From Octopus vulgaris (Eukaryota), in assembly GCA_951406725.2 (NCBI GenBank), contig OX597821.1:85436001-85500000 (forward strand): a stretch of 64,000 nucleotides of DNA, written 5' to 3'. Positions within the stretch are counted from its first letter, which is position 1. Every line of letters starts with the position of its first letter. The notes under the pieces are model-generated. The model made no database searches, was not told the origin of the DNA, and saw only the letters and a list, made by a program, of their open reading frames with translations. Made by a program: the position numbers and the translations under genes. Shown here one piece after another: positions 1-11,911 of the stretch.

Positions 1-1256
1 ATGTGTGTGATAACGAATAAAGGAAGGGTCTGATAGAGAGTAACAAGCTAAATACAGTTTAAAAGAAGCAGGGAGAGGCAGGGCAAATAAATTCAAATAG
101 TTAACTTAGTCAGAGGCAGAGAGTGTGAAGTACAAGAACTCAATATTTATGATGAATTTACCATGTTTGGTAGAGTGTGCAACACTCATTTAACATACCC
201 AGAAAAAATACCCCTATAGTTCTGATAATCAAAGACTGCTGCAAAAGGTAATACTGGTAGTTACTTTTTTAGATCAGACCTCATTTGGTGTATCCAATAT
301 CTGGCTAAACAGGTGTCTAAAACATTTTTCATTACCATGGAAAGTTCCTCTTTACCAAAGTGAATATATTTTAGGGTATGTGAAATCTATAATTTTCCAT
401 GATCAGTTCTTCAGTATCTTTAAGTAATTAATAAACTAATTAAACTCTTCATTTATTTTCTGTGATCATAACAAACTATGATAACATTTGGTGGTATTTG
501 TAGAAAATATTAAATTGATGGAACGGCTTCGCAAAGAATTATCAAAAACACTACAAGGTTGTCTCCCTTGGTCTGTTTGAGTGTTTTACCTGAAACTAGA
601 GTTGTTGTCAAAGTAGAAAAATAAAAGGCAGAAAAAGAAATGTTGGAGCAAAGGTTTTATGATGTCAAAATAGTAGAGAGAATTATATAAAGTGGAATCT
701 ACTTTGTGATTTTTACCTCAAGATCACTAACAGATTTAAAGATCCGAGAGGTGTATATAATATCCAAAAAGGTATTTCGCATTCAAGAGAATGCAGATAA
801 GTTTCCTTTTCTTTTTTTCTTTTTTTGTATTACCCGAATGGATAAATTCTTTGATATATTTTTTATTTGTTTTTAATTTTATATATTTTTTTTTATTATT
901 GTTAAAATCTGCAAATCAGTCCTCACATCTGGTGATCTTGCTAGAGCCAGAGGGTAAGAAAGGGTGTTAAGTATTCGTGTTATTGTGATTTTCTGTTTGG
1001 TCAAGGATTCAAGAGAGTTCTGTTGCCATTTGTTCCTGATGATTTAGCACAGATCTCTGCATCCGGAATTGGAAAGACACCACAATGTAATTAGAATAGC
1101 TGACTTATGGAGGGACAATGACGTGGTGTGTGGGTGAGTGAGTGTTGTTTTGTACTGTGTATGGAGAGTAAATTATACACAATCATAATTGAAAATAAAT
1201 AATAAAAAAGAGAGAGAGAGAGCTAGTTGTGTGAGGTTAATGGGGGAGAAAATCTG
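1..1256 (-). other. Probable RNF220 3' UTR (end not determined)
   Basis: Directly follows the stop codon and is free of recognisable SINEs. Several AATAAA candidates occur (tttatt on + near 452, 862 and 893). Confidence 0.5.
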
Positions 1257-1328
1257 CTACAAAAATATTCGCCGGAGATCTGATGGAGATGTAATCATAT
1301 TACACTGTGGACACAACTTCTTGGCTCC
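1257..1328 (-). CDS. RNF220: RNF220 last coding exon (GAKKLCPQCNMITSPSDLRRIFL*), end of the RING domain
   Basis: Acceptor ttttttgccag; phase 0; TAG at 1257-1259. Confidence 0.95.
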   Translation of the reverse strand, partial: GAKKLCPQCNMITSPSDLRRIFL

Positions 1329-2919
1329 CTGGCAAAAAATGGAGAAAAAGAAACAAAACAATGTAAGATAATGAATTAATTAGTTACACAGATTTTTCAA
1401 CATAAAGAAGTATTAGGCATTTTAGGCAGCAATTGTAGACAGTATTATTGAGGGGACTTGAATCACATATCCATTGCTAGCTGGACATTTGCATTACAAA
1501 TTAATATTTAATAAATATATAGACATTTGTTAACATATAATACACCTACATGTATATCATCATCTATATTTAAGGAGTGTGGAAGAAAAGCTGTTGTAAC
1601 AACATTACAGCTGTTATTCAATAGCAATGCAAGGGGAACAGACAAATTCTATATCTGAATTTGGTAACTTCACAATGCCACAGTCAAACGTATGAATAAA
1701 TTGAAAAACTTTTATGTAAGAATGGTGAATATAACACAGCAGGATCAGAGAATGGTTTATAACATTCGCAGGAAAACATCCACTGAAAAACTAATGTAGT
1801 TAATAGAAAACTTAATGAGAATGAGATGGCTGAGTAGACATGACAATTTATTAACAGATCATAAATCAAAATTTGCTGCTGGCATTTTGTTGGGTTTCTA
1901 GATATAACACTTGTCTTACATTAACCTACCGTAACTGTTTGCAAAGAATAACAATGAGTTCATCTATTTCAAATTAGTGTCTGTCAATTTTCTTGGGTTC
2001 ACTTTATCATTTGATACAGATTCAAGATCTGATTATATCATAGTAGTCAGTATATAATAGGCAACTCCACATTAAATCATCACACACAAGTCTTCAATAC
2101 TGGGTGGGTATCTTTCACATCTAGGTGGGATTATCACCTCTAAACACTGTGAAATCACCAATAGAGGAGCCACTACATTGGAAGTGAATATTCTGCTGGT
2201 CAGTCTTTATTCAGCAGACCAGTGATCAGAGACACTCTTGTCTTTACTGCCCTGTCTTTTCATAGACACAGTGTATTCAGGATCACATTACCCCATGGTC
2301 TTTGCAAGATGGTGGGAGTGACAGTGTTGGACTAAATACTTCAATGCATTTAGTTTCATTAGTTATTGATCTACTTTCAAACTTTAACACTGACACCACT
2401 ACCACAACAAAAGATTGATATATAAGGATAAGTAATGTACTAGTGTTAATACAAATGACAATATACTGTCTTTATAGAATAATAATCAAATGTTTTCAAT
2501 GAAAAAATTTAGAGAATTCAATAACTGTTGTTTCTCTCAGACAGAAGCACACTATGCTAAAAAATATTTCTCATACATGGTTCATGGTGTCCTATATGTA
2601 TCTTAAGAGTTGTAGCATTATGAAATATTTGAAAGCTTTTTACAAATATCTAATGTTTTATATACATTTATCCCATACATGGGTTGGGCAGCCTGTATTA
2701 TTGTTGCATAATTGGAATAAGAAGACTCAAAGTAAGACAGTAATAAGGTTTAGAACTCCAGACCATATTGGTCACAGTTCAGTGTTTTAGTCTCACAGAA
2801 AATCCTAACACAAGCAAAAGACCTCAGATTTATCAGAGAAGAAGAAATGGGAATGTGACATTCTCTGACGTCTTCATCAAATACCAACGATGAATTGTAA
2901 CACACACACACACACACAA

Positions 2920-3345
2920 CCTTGAAATTGATTGGCAGACACCCATAAAATTATTAACCATCTTACAAACAATAACTCTGAGCACCTTTTCAAACTCCAC
3001 CCATCTAACACCCGTGGACATATTTACAAAGTAAGAAAACAGCACAGCTTCCATGACTTCAGGAAACATTTTTTCATGCTGAGAGTTGCTGAAGCATGGA
3101 ACAAACTGCTGGCATCGGTTGTTAGTTGTCGGAGCACTGCATCCTTCAAAACTTCCATGCTTCCTGAGATTCGCCAACACTACACCTGATTTTCTCCCCT
3201 CCATACACACACAAGCATGTGTCTGACTCGTACACTGTTCACTTTCCAGACATTTCTACATTACTGCATGTACTTTATATGCACTTTCTGACAAGTTGTG
3301 GTGCACCTGAGCACTGTATACAATAATTTCATTATTATTATTATA
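2920..3345 (+). mobile_element. 5'-truncated CR1/L2-type LINE 3' end
   Basis: ORF fragment NTRGHIYKVRKQHS..RKHFFMLRVAEAWNKL is typical of the C-terminus of CR1/L2 reverse transcriptases. A short UTR and an (ATT)n tail follow. Confidence 0.85.
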
Positions 3346-3391
3346 TAAGTTGAATGTCTATTAATGAATGAAACATAAAATAAAGACTTAC

Positions 3392-3466
3392 CAGAGTCCT
3401 CAGCCAACACTGCTCACAGTGGACATGCCAACATTGGACTGATGTTAAAGGGACTTTATAGGATTC
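3392..3466 (-). CDS. RNF220: RNF220 RING exon (ESYKVPLTSVQCWHVHCEQCWLRTL)
   Basis: ttttcag acceptor and gtaagt donor; 75 nt; phase 0 to 0. Confidence 0.96.
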
Positions 3467-4810
3467 CTGAAAACAAAATGTTACACTGTTAATTAATAAT
3501 GAATTGACATTAACAAAGCAAACATATAATAACTGATGCGTAGATGTTTGTGAAAAAGAAATCAAGTAAGAATAACAGTTTACTGAAACTACTGTGATGA
3601 TAATGAAACCTATTCTAGGTACTAGTTTAATGATTACATGTCTAAATATTTGAGTTGAATTACAATTAATAAGATTATCTATTTCAGGACACTCAATCTA
3701 ATCTTTACATTGTAATTACAATATTTATACTGCATTTCATTTGTCAGTGCTCCTGCGTTTATTCTTTCAAACTACAGGTTTATGCTACCCGTGACAAGGA
3801 CTAGGGCATGAAAATTACTTAGAATTTCATGGAGGATAATTAAATTTGTTTGCATGTTTATTAAAACAGGCACACAAGAAGGTGTGGGCATGTGGTTAAG
3901 AGACTTGCTTTGCAACCACATGGTCTGGTGTTCAGTTCTACTATAGCCTTGGGCCAACCTATGCTTTGTGCAGGAATTTGGTAAATGGAAACTGTTGTGA
4001 GGAAGGCGATGCACACACATACACATCTAAACTGGTGCAAATAAGCAAATGAACATGCTTGGGCTTGATACACATAGAGAAACAAAAACTGGAAACATTC
4101 ATCAGATGGACACTCATGCATAAGCATAGAGAGATTCATATATTTATAGAACAAATTTAAATGGTGCACAGAAAACTAAGGGGAGAGGGCGTGGTATTTC
4201 AGGTCCGACAGCTGTTTCTTAGGGCTCGGAATTATGTATAGTTATAATGTTGGCAGATGGAATGTACACACCTTTGTATTCCATGTAAATCTATTTTGTA
4301 AATATATGAATATATATGAATGTTCATCTTCTGAATACTTTCAGCCTTTGCTTTTCTCTCTCTATTTATATATCCCTATATTTATACTTTAAAGCATATA
4401 TGTATGTATGTATATTTTATATATGTATATATTATGTATCAAACCCAACTGTGTTTATTAGCATATTGTCGCCATATCTGCTCACCTGGATCTTCTTATA
4501 GTCACTCTTTACATCACAGAATTAGTCCCTGATAAAGATTTTAGAGTGTAAGTTCAAATCATTTGAGCACTACATAGTGTTTTCTATATTGAGCATCTCT
4601 GGATCTCATTTGTTGACCCCCACTATTTGCTTCTCTCTCTCTCTCTATTTATATATCCCTATATATATATATATTTACAAATAGAGAAAGAGAAGCAAAT
4701 AGTGAGGGTCAACACATGCGAGTCCTTGTGTTGTCTCCTACCACCACTTGATAACCAGTTTATGTTCCCAGAACTTAAGGGCTTTGCAAAAGTAACCTAT
4801 CAAACTTTAA

Positions 4811-5031
4811 CCCTTTAGTGTTCACATTATTCTGCCAAAATTAATCCTTTTTTATCCACATTGCCTTGAACTAATCAGGCATTATCTTGTAGCTATGAGA
4901 TTTTGATGAGGGAGCAGTTAATTTTTAAAATGACATTGTAGTGTTGGTGTGAGAGACCAGATCTGGCCAGTTTGAACAAAAAACAGGCAGAATACTTTTG
5001 GCCGGATATAGCCGGTTTAAATGCTAAAGGG
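4811..5031. mobile_element. TTAA-flanked (piggyBac-like) MITE inserted into a degenerate SINE
   Basis: TTAA|CCCTTTAG ... CTAAAGGG|TTAA. SINE sequence continues on both sides (about 4720-5110). Confidence 0.8.
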
Positions 5032-6118
5032 TTAAAGGAAAGTGTTGGGGTTGATTTGCTTGACTAAAAATCCTATAAGGCAGTGCCCCATCATGACTGC
5101 AGTCCAATGATAAAATACGTGTATGAAATATAAAGCTGAACAAGAACAAATCAATTAGATAGACTACTCTTGTTTTGTTCTTGCTTTCATTTCATATCTG
5201 CAATTTGCACCAGAGACAACATTTAATGATGTTATGTATTTTAAAAATCTTTGAGAGAAAACACAATCAAGCATTTACAATTTTGTATGGTCTTGTGTAT
5301 CTACATTGGGTTTCCTGAGTTTGTTATCAGCAATTTCTCAATTAATATTATCTGACAATAAGAGGTTAGGAAGTAAGTTTACAATGCAATGGTCCAGTTG
5401 ATAAGAGTGCTATTAGTTACTATCAGTTTAAAAATAAAAGTTTCTAGTCTGGAATTATGTACATAATAAGACATAGTATTACAACTGAAGATCAAACCTT
5501 TTAAATATCAAAAAATATACACTCTAAAAACTGTTGTTAGAAACCTGGAAAATTATAGTTTTGTTCAGTAACTTTCCCGAAATTAGAAATATGGTAACAG
5601 TCTGAAATTTTCATTTTTCAGACATTGAATCAAATATATATCCATATCTATGAGAAAGAGGCTTTACATTGTGTATCATTCTAATAGCAACAATAGGAAG
5701 GGATTCCAGTTGTAAAAGACTGGCTCATTAAGTATAAATCCAAATCATGCCAACATGACAAAAAAAAAAAAAAGATGATTAGAATATTTCCTTTATTTCC
5801 AGCATGCATGTATACAAATGTTAAAGTCTAAATTGCAATATCAAATTTCCCCAGTCATCCTCTCTCTCTCTCACACACATTTAACACATCCTACATGCAT
5901 AAATTCCTCTTTCTACAATTCTATAGGGTTTGATGTCTAAATTTGCAAAGGTAAATTTGAACTATACAATTAACTTGATGTAATTAAACAGACACCTCAA
6001 AGTCAAAACTATTGAACCAATGATTGGCCAGAAGTTGTTTTAATATGAGAGATCAATAGTTAGGTGTTATCACACTGGGCTCTTTTATTTAGGATTTAAG
6101 ACAACTATTGACAATGTT

Positions 6119-6596
6119 GCCAGCGCCGCCTCGACTGGCTTCTGTACCGGTGGCACATAAAAAGCACCATCCGAACATGGCCGATGCCAGCGCCACCTCG
6201 ACTGGCTTCTGTGCCGGTGGCACATAAAAAGCACCATCCGAACGTGGCCGATGCCAGTGCTGCCTCGACTGGCTTCTGTGCCGGTGGCACAGAAAAAGCA
6301 CCATCCGAACGTGGCCGATGCCAGCGCCGCCTTGGCTGGCTTCTGTGCCGGTGGCATGTTAAAAGCACCAACTGATCGTGGCTGATGCCAGACCCCCCCT
6401 GGCACCTGTGCAGGTGGCACGTAAAAAGCACCCACTACACTCGCGGAGTGGTTGGCGTTAAGAAGGGCATCCAGCTGTAGAAACACTGCCAAATCAGACT
6501 GGAGCCTGGAGCAGCCTTCTGGCTTCACAGACCCCAGTTGAACCGTCCAACCCGTGCTAGCGCAGAAAACGGACGTTAAACGATGATGATGATGAT
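6119..6596 (+). mobile_element. Non-autonomous retroelement (SINE-like) with a (GAT)n tail and internal 67-bp tandem repeats
   Basis: Units start at 6119, 6186, 6253, 6320 and 6387. The body gtggttggcgttaagaagggcatccagctgtag..ggacgttaaacgatgatgat recurs throughout the window. Confidence 0.85.
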
Positions 6597-6633
6597 TATG
6601 GGGAAGGGGAAGATTTGAAACTCTATGACATAC

Positions 6634-6748
6634 CATGCAGATCAAACATTTATGTTTCTCTTCAGTTTTTTCTTCTTCTTTCTCCTTCAAGCGACATTTC
6701 AGTGCAGATATAATCCGCTGTGAAGAATTATTTGCATTGCGAGGGTCA
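6634..6748 (-). CDS. RNF220: RNF220 exon (DPRNANNSSQRIISALKCRLKEKEEEKTEEKHKCLICM), coiled segment and start of the RING
   Basis: ttgtag acceptor after a long T-rich tract with no other AG; gtatgt donor; phase 2 to 0. Confidence 0.92.
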
Positions 6749-8350
6749 CTACAATAGACAATTAATCGGATGAGGATCAATTACATCAAGAAGCAAAACA
6801 AGATAAAAAAAAGAAAGAAAATTAAACAACATAAGGAATATTTAAAACTTAGAGATTGTTTTGAATTACAGTTGCACCTGAAATTGGAAGTTAGCTGTCA
6901 GTGTTAAATAACAAAGCACGTGACTCTATGAATGGATGATCACTCAGCTTGTGAAGTTACTGAGTGGCTTGACATGACAGGTTAGTCAGTGTATTAGCAG
7001 TAATTAAAGTAACTAAAAGTGATATTCTAGGAGAGCATGTCGGCGTATCAGGGTGGGTACTAAAGGATAGATTTTAAGGTGTTTTCTTGTTAAAGAGAGG
7101 AAATGGAAACATAAGAGAGTGTCACTGAAATTAAAGCAGCTTGTTGTTACTGATTGAGAAAATATAAGAAATTATTCTGTCCTGTGATTGGTCAGTAAGT
7201 ATTTGTGATTCAACTTGCTGTCACCACCACCATTACCTGCTCCAATAAAAAAAATGTGTATGTGTATACACACACACACACACACACACACCATCATCAG
7301 TTATAATGCTTAGCACTTTTTGTGTAACAGATTTCTCTAGCTGGATGCTTTTTCTGTTGCCAATCCTCACCTTTTTCTTAATAAGATACTGTTTTTCCCC
7401 TGTGTAGAAGATTTTTCCCTATGTAGCATTAATTAGATTGGACATTAATACAACTCCCAGATAAAGTGATGGTATGTTATGAGTTAAGTTTCCCTCTAAA
7501 GTTTGTTTTTTGTGTTAGTGAGGCTCATAACTCAAGACTAATCTAAACATTGTTACTATTGTCATTGCTATTTCCCCTCAAATAAGAAGTTTATGAAGAC
7601 ATATCAAAGAAAGCCTCTTCCATTCTGTCTCACCTCATCTCTGAAGTCTAACATATTTACCATTTCTTCTTAAGTTTTCCCTGACCCTCTTTCACAGAGG
7701 AATCTCTTCTTTAAACATCTGTTTTCCAACCACTTTATATGCACATACAAATGAAGTCATCTGTATATATGATCCAGTATATATTGGCTAAAATATTTAA
7801 AATCCTGTCTCAAAGTGGTGTTTAAAATGTCTAACGTCATTGTTCACATTTCCCTCTCTTATATCATCGCACTTCTTACATGTGTAATAAAAAAACACTT
7901 TATTGTCAACCTGAGCCACAATAATACCACTTGATCTACCTCCAACACTGTGTTGCCTCAGTGACACGACTTGTTTTACTACTCCCAGCAAACCATTAAA
8001 ATATTTATTGTTAGACATGTTATTACATCTGGTACAGCTAAAGTACTGCCTCTCTACCAGAGATTCTACATACTCATTGTTTCAACTTATTTCAGTTCTG
8101 AGCAACCACTGAGCAACAACTATATTCATAGAAGATATACAAACAAATGAAAAAAGTGGGAAATGTCTATGTTTATATACAAAGTTAATACTCAATTAAG
8201 ATATGACAACCAGTGAGTGTATATGAGTGCTAACACATATGTATACACACTGGTCTTACTTGACTGAGTTGTCAGCCATTGTGTGTCTACATTTTTTGAG
8301 AAGAGGAGAGTAAAAGGAGAAAACCTAATTGTAACATGTACTCTACTTAC

Positions 8351-8429
8351 AAGTTATGTGATGTTGATCCTTGGTCTACAGCTTGATTATAAGGTTGGTA
8401 ACAACTGGGTTCAGGTTCAAATTTGTGTT
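8351..8429 (-). CDS. RNF220: RNF220 linker exon (EHKFEPEPSCYQPYNQAVDQGSTSHN)
   Basis: Strong ttttttttttcttcag acceptor and gtaagt donor; 79 nt; provides the phase 1 to 2 change needed between the neighbouring exons. Confidence 0.85.
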
Positions 8430-10190
8430 CTGAAGAAAAAAAAATAAAACATCATGTATTACAATAAGACAAGTGTTTTCAATAGATACAGTGTGTTACT
8501 GTATTTTTCAGCATACAAGTTGAATTTTTTAAGGCCAAAATAACTAAGTTGATAGACATCAAGACAACATTGTAGGGCCAAGAATCCCATGCGAAATGCA
8601 GCAGGATTTGGAAAGATATTGATGATGTCTGAATGTTTATGCTTTATGTTTACACTATATACTACATTAACTTGCATGCCAGAAAATTCAGTACACAGGC
8701 AGCCACAGAATAGTTGTGTTTAAAATTGGGTAAACTCAGGCATTGCAGGCTGTACAACTTGAGAGTAGTTCAGTGTCATACAAGCTCTCAGTCCAAATCA
8801 TACCAAAGTCACTTCATCCTCTCTTTTCATAACACTCAAATACAAGAAACAAATAGTTTATGAGAGCTACAGGAACAGGGATCATTGTCTTCTCATCCCT
8901 CTCTACATAGGAGATATGACTGACTGAATGAACTAAGTGTGGTTCATGTCTAAATTGATTGTACTGGAGAGATGAGAAAGGAAATTCCATAAAGGTGTCG
9001 CTCAGGTAAGTTAGTTTTGAGAGAGAGAGAGAGAGAAAGAGAGAGTTGGGGTGAAGCGCTGTGATGAGAAGCAGATGGATTAAATAATCTTATATAAGGG
9101 TAGCATGTTTGAAAGAGCCCAGGTTGATATGGTAAAAGAGTCCGAAGGAGCGTACAGCTAAACAATGCTTGAAAAATGTGTGAGTGACTAGTTTATCAAT
9201 GATCTTTATATGATTTAGAAACTGATGTGAACCAATGTTTGAAAGGATTTTAAAGATAAAATTGGGATCCAGTTAACTTCTTGGATTACAGAAACAACAG
9301 CCATTCAATTTATAGCTATACACATACAGACACACATCCTAGATTACATTAAAAAAAAACAAAGACATCAAACTGACAGATATTCGGTCATTAACTTGGT
9401 CACAACTACGTCTCATAGACATGTTTCTCTTTCCAGTCTATGTCCAAAACCTAGACCCTGAACAAAAGAATTTGCCCTATCATCCTTCCTAAAGTTTTCT
9501 GGAATTCTCTCAAGCATGCCCACATTTTCCATATATAGATCAACTACATCAACATCACCAATCTGGGATGGGCCAATAAAGGTGAGGGATGGATGATGCC
9601 CTTCCTATTTTAGCAAATTTATAAAAACTAAATAAATAAATAAATAACCTCTTTCAAGTCATTCTAACATTGCACAAACACAAACCACACTACTTCCATC
9701 AGTAATATGCGTTCTTCTCCCCGATTTACAAAAGAAATACTTCTCTTAATAGCAAACATACTATTCTATGTCAATACAGGAGTATTTACATTCAAAAAAG
9801 TTTCCTCTTTAGCAGAGATTTTTATAAATTTTTATAATATATATTTTACATAAAATGATCAGCATCAATTAATTTATCAGACTCAACAACACACACACAC
9901 ACACACACACACAATTAGTGGAATTAATGTATTCTCACATTCAGCACTGAAATGATAAAGGCTAACAATGACAATAATATATGCAGCTAATGTCTACATT
10001 TCCTATTTAAATTAGGCTGCCTATTGAGAAGCATACACCATTAAACAATTCCAAAAATGGTCGTTAATATTTCAATGGATATTTTATTTAAAAGAAAAAT
10101 TTTTAAAAACCTATAAAATATCATGACACCAAACATTGAAACATTTTCAAAGAATCAAAAAGAATCAAATTCTGATATGGGTTTTCTTAC

Positions 10191-10240
10191 CGCCTCTTTC
10201 TGTAGAATTTGATAATTCCATCATAGAACCAATTGTTGTG
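10191..10240 (-). CDS. RNF220: RNF220 linker exon (TTIGSMMELSNSTERG)
   Basis: cttttccattccacag acceptor and gtaaga donor; 50 nt; phase 2 to 1. Confidence 0.82.
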
Positions 10241-11510
10241 CTGTGGAATGGAAAAGAAGAGACAATGGAAATAGATTTCTCCAGAAGGAATAATAAAAGA
10301 ATACTTTTCAATGTAACATTTAGATGCGACTATTAACATTGATACACAACAGAAATAGAATGATTGCTTATTTATTTTATCTCACATTTTGTGAACAATG
10401 GCATTGTTGGTTCCAAATTCCCAAAAGGCTATCATTGGTTCACTACATTTTTGACTGCAAAAGCAGCAAGGGATTTTCTGCATAATTCAGGTGGAACAAA
10501 TATCACAAGCAATTTTTTATTTGACAGCACTATTTTATGTTGTTTTTTTAAACTGTTCTTCATATTTTTTGCCAATATACAATTACACACCCACATGATC
10601 ATTTGTTTAATATCCATGTTTCCATGTAAGCATGGGTTTAGAGATGGAGTTATGGAGTTATTTAAGGCAAGATTTTAAAACAGGATGCTCATCCTGTTAC
10701 CAATTCTCATCTATTTTCCTAATAAGAGATGAATTTTCCAGGAGTTTCTGAATATACAGATTGACTGGTCAGTGAAGAAGTTCAGCATAACCAGTGCCTA
10801 ACACAAGTGGTATCCTACATGAAAATATGAATATTCCCACATCAGCATCATCATCATCATCTTGACAGGCTCTGATGAGTCAGAGAATTGTATCAAGTAC
10901 CAATGTCTACTTTCTACAGTTGGATGCCCTTTTTAACAGGAACCACTTCACAGAGTGAACTGAGGATTACTTATGCCTGAAATGGTTTCTGTAAATGAAT
11001 GACGACTGAAGAGAAAGTGACTGATGATCAAAGGCACAAGGATGAGGAATATGGTAAGAAGTGGGATGAGGAATATGGTAAGGAATGAGGGAAAGAGAAG
11101 GGATTAGTAACAGAATTGAGAAAAAGGGAAGGAGAGGCAGAATGGAAAAGATGACAAGGTGGGTTGTGCAAGAATGGTAGTTCTAGGGTTTTCCAACATA
11201 AGGGATGGGCATGGAAAGAAAGTGCAAGGGAAATGCAACAATCGGAAGGAAGCAATAAACAATAGTGAAAGGGAAACCTGAGAGGAGACATTGAAGTAAA
11301 GGGAGGTGCAAGGAGGTAATTTGGGGGAGGGGGAGATGGAGGGCAGTGTTGGTGTGTTGCGGAGGCAGGGGGAGAATTATGAAAAGCAGATATTGGAGGG
11401 TACAACAGAAGTAGTAAGAAGACGATCAGAGTGTGAATGCCACGAGAGTATTGTGGATGGGGAGGCAGTGGAAAAGGAGAGGTGGGGGTGAGAAATTGGG
11501 TGGATATGAC

Positions 11511-11911
11511 TTACTCTTTTACTTGTTTTAGTCATTTGACTGCGGCCATGCTGGAGCACCGCCTTTAGTCGAGCAAATCGACCCCAGGACTTATTCTTTG
11601 TAAGCCTAGTACTTATTCTATCGGTCTCTTTTGCCGAACCGCTAAGTTACGGGGATGTAAACACACCAGCATCGGTTGTCAAGCAATGCTAGGGGGACAA
11701 ACACAGACACACAAACATATATATATATATATATATATACATATATACGACGGGCTTCTTTCAGTTTCCGTCTACCAAATCCACTCACAAGGCTTTGGTT
11801 GGCCTGAGGCTATAGTAGAAGACACTTGCCCAAGATGCCACGCAGTGGGACTGAACCCGGAACCATGTGGTTGGTAAGCAAGCTACTTACCACACAGCCA
11901 CTCCTGCGCCT
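11511..11911 (-). mobile_element. tRNA-derived CORE-like SINE with an internal (TA)n tract, near full length
   Basis: A-box tggctgtgtgg, B-box ggttcagtccc and cttgggcaagtgtctt core on the minus strand; many copies in the window. Confidence 0.88.

Noticed and set aside
1251-1259. Stop-codon read-through context (TAG followed by C)
   Set aside because: It is not the strong UGA-CUAG or UAG-CAR-YYA context, and the downstream frame runs into a simple repeat.
6085-6780. 231-aa minus-strand ORF as a standalone gene
   Set aside because: Only 6634-6748 is exon. The rest reads through the donor into the 67-bp repeat element, and the same peptide recurs at 54375-54743 and 35001-35336.
9929-9936. 8-nt AG/GT-bounded microexon candidate (tgctgaat)
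   Set aside because: It would shift the frame between the 50-nt and 79-nt exons and has no other support.
10364-10678. 104-aa plus-strand ORF as an antisense gene
   Set aside because: Non-ATG start, no recognisable domain or splice partners, and it ends in a degenerate repeat.
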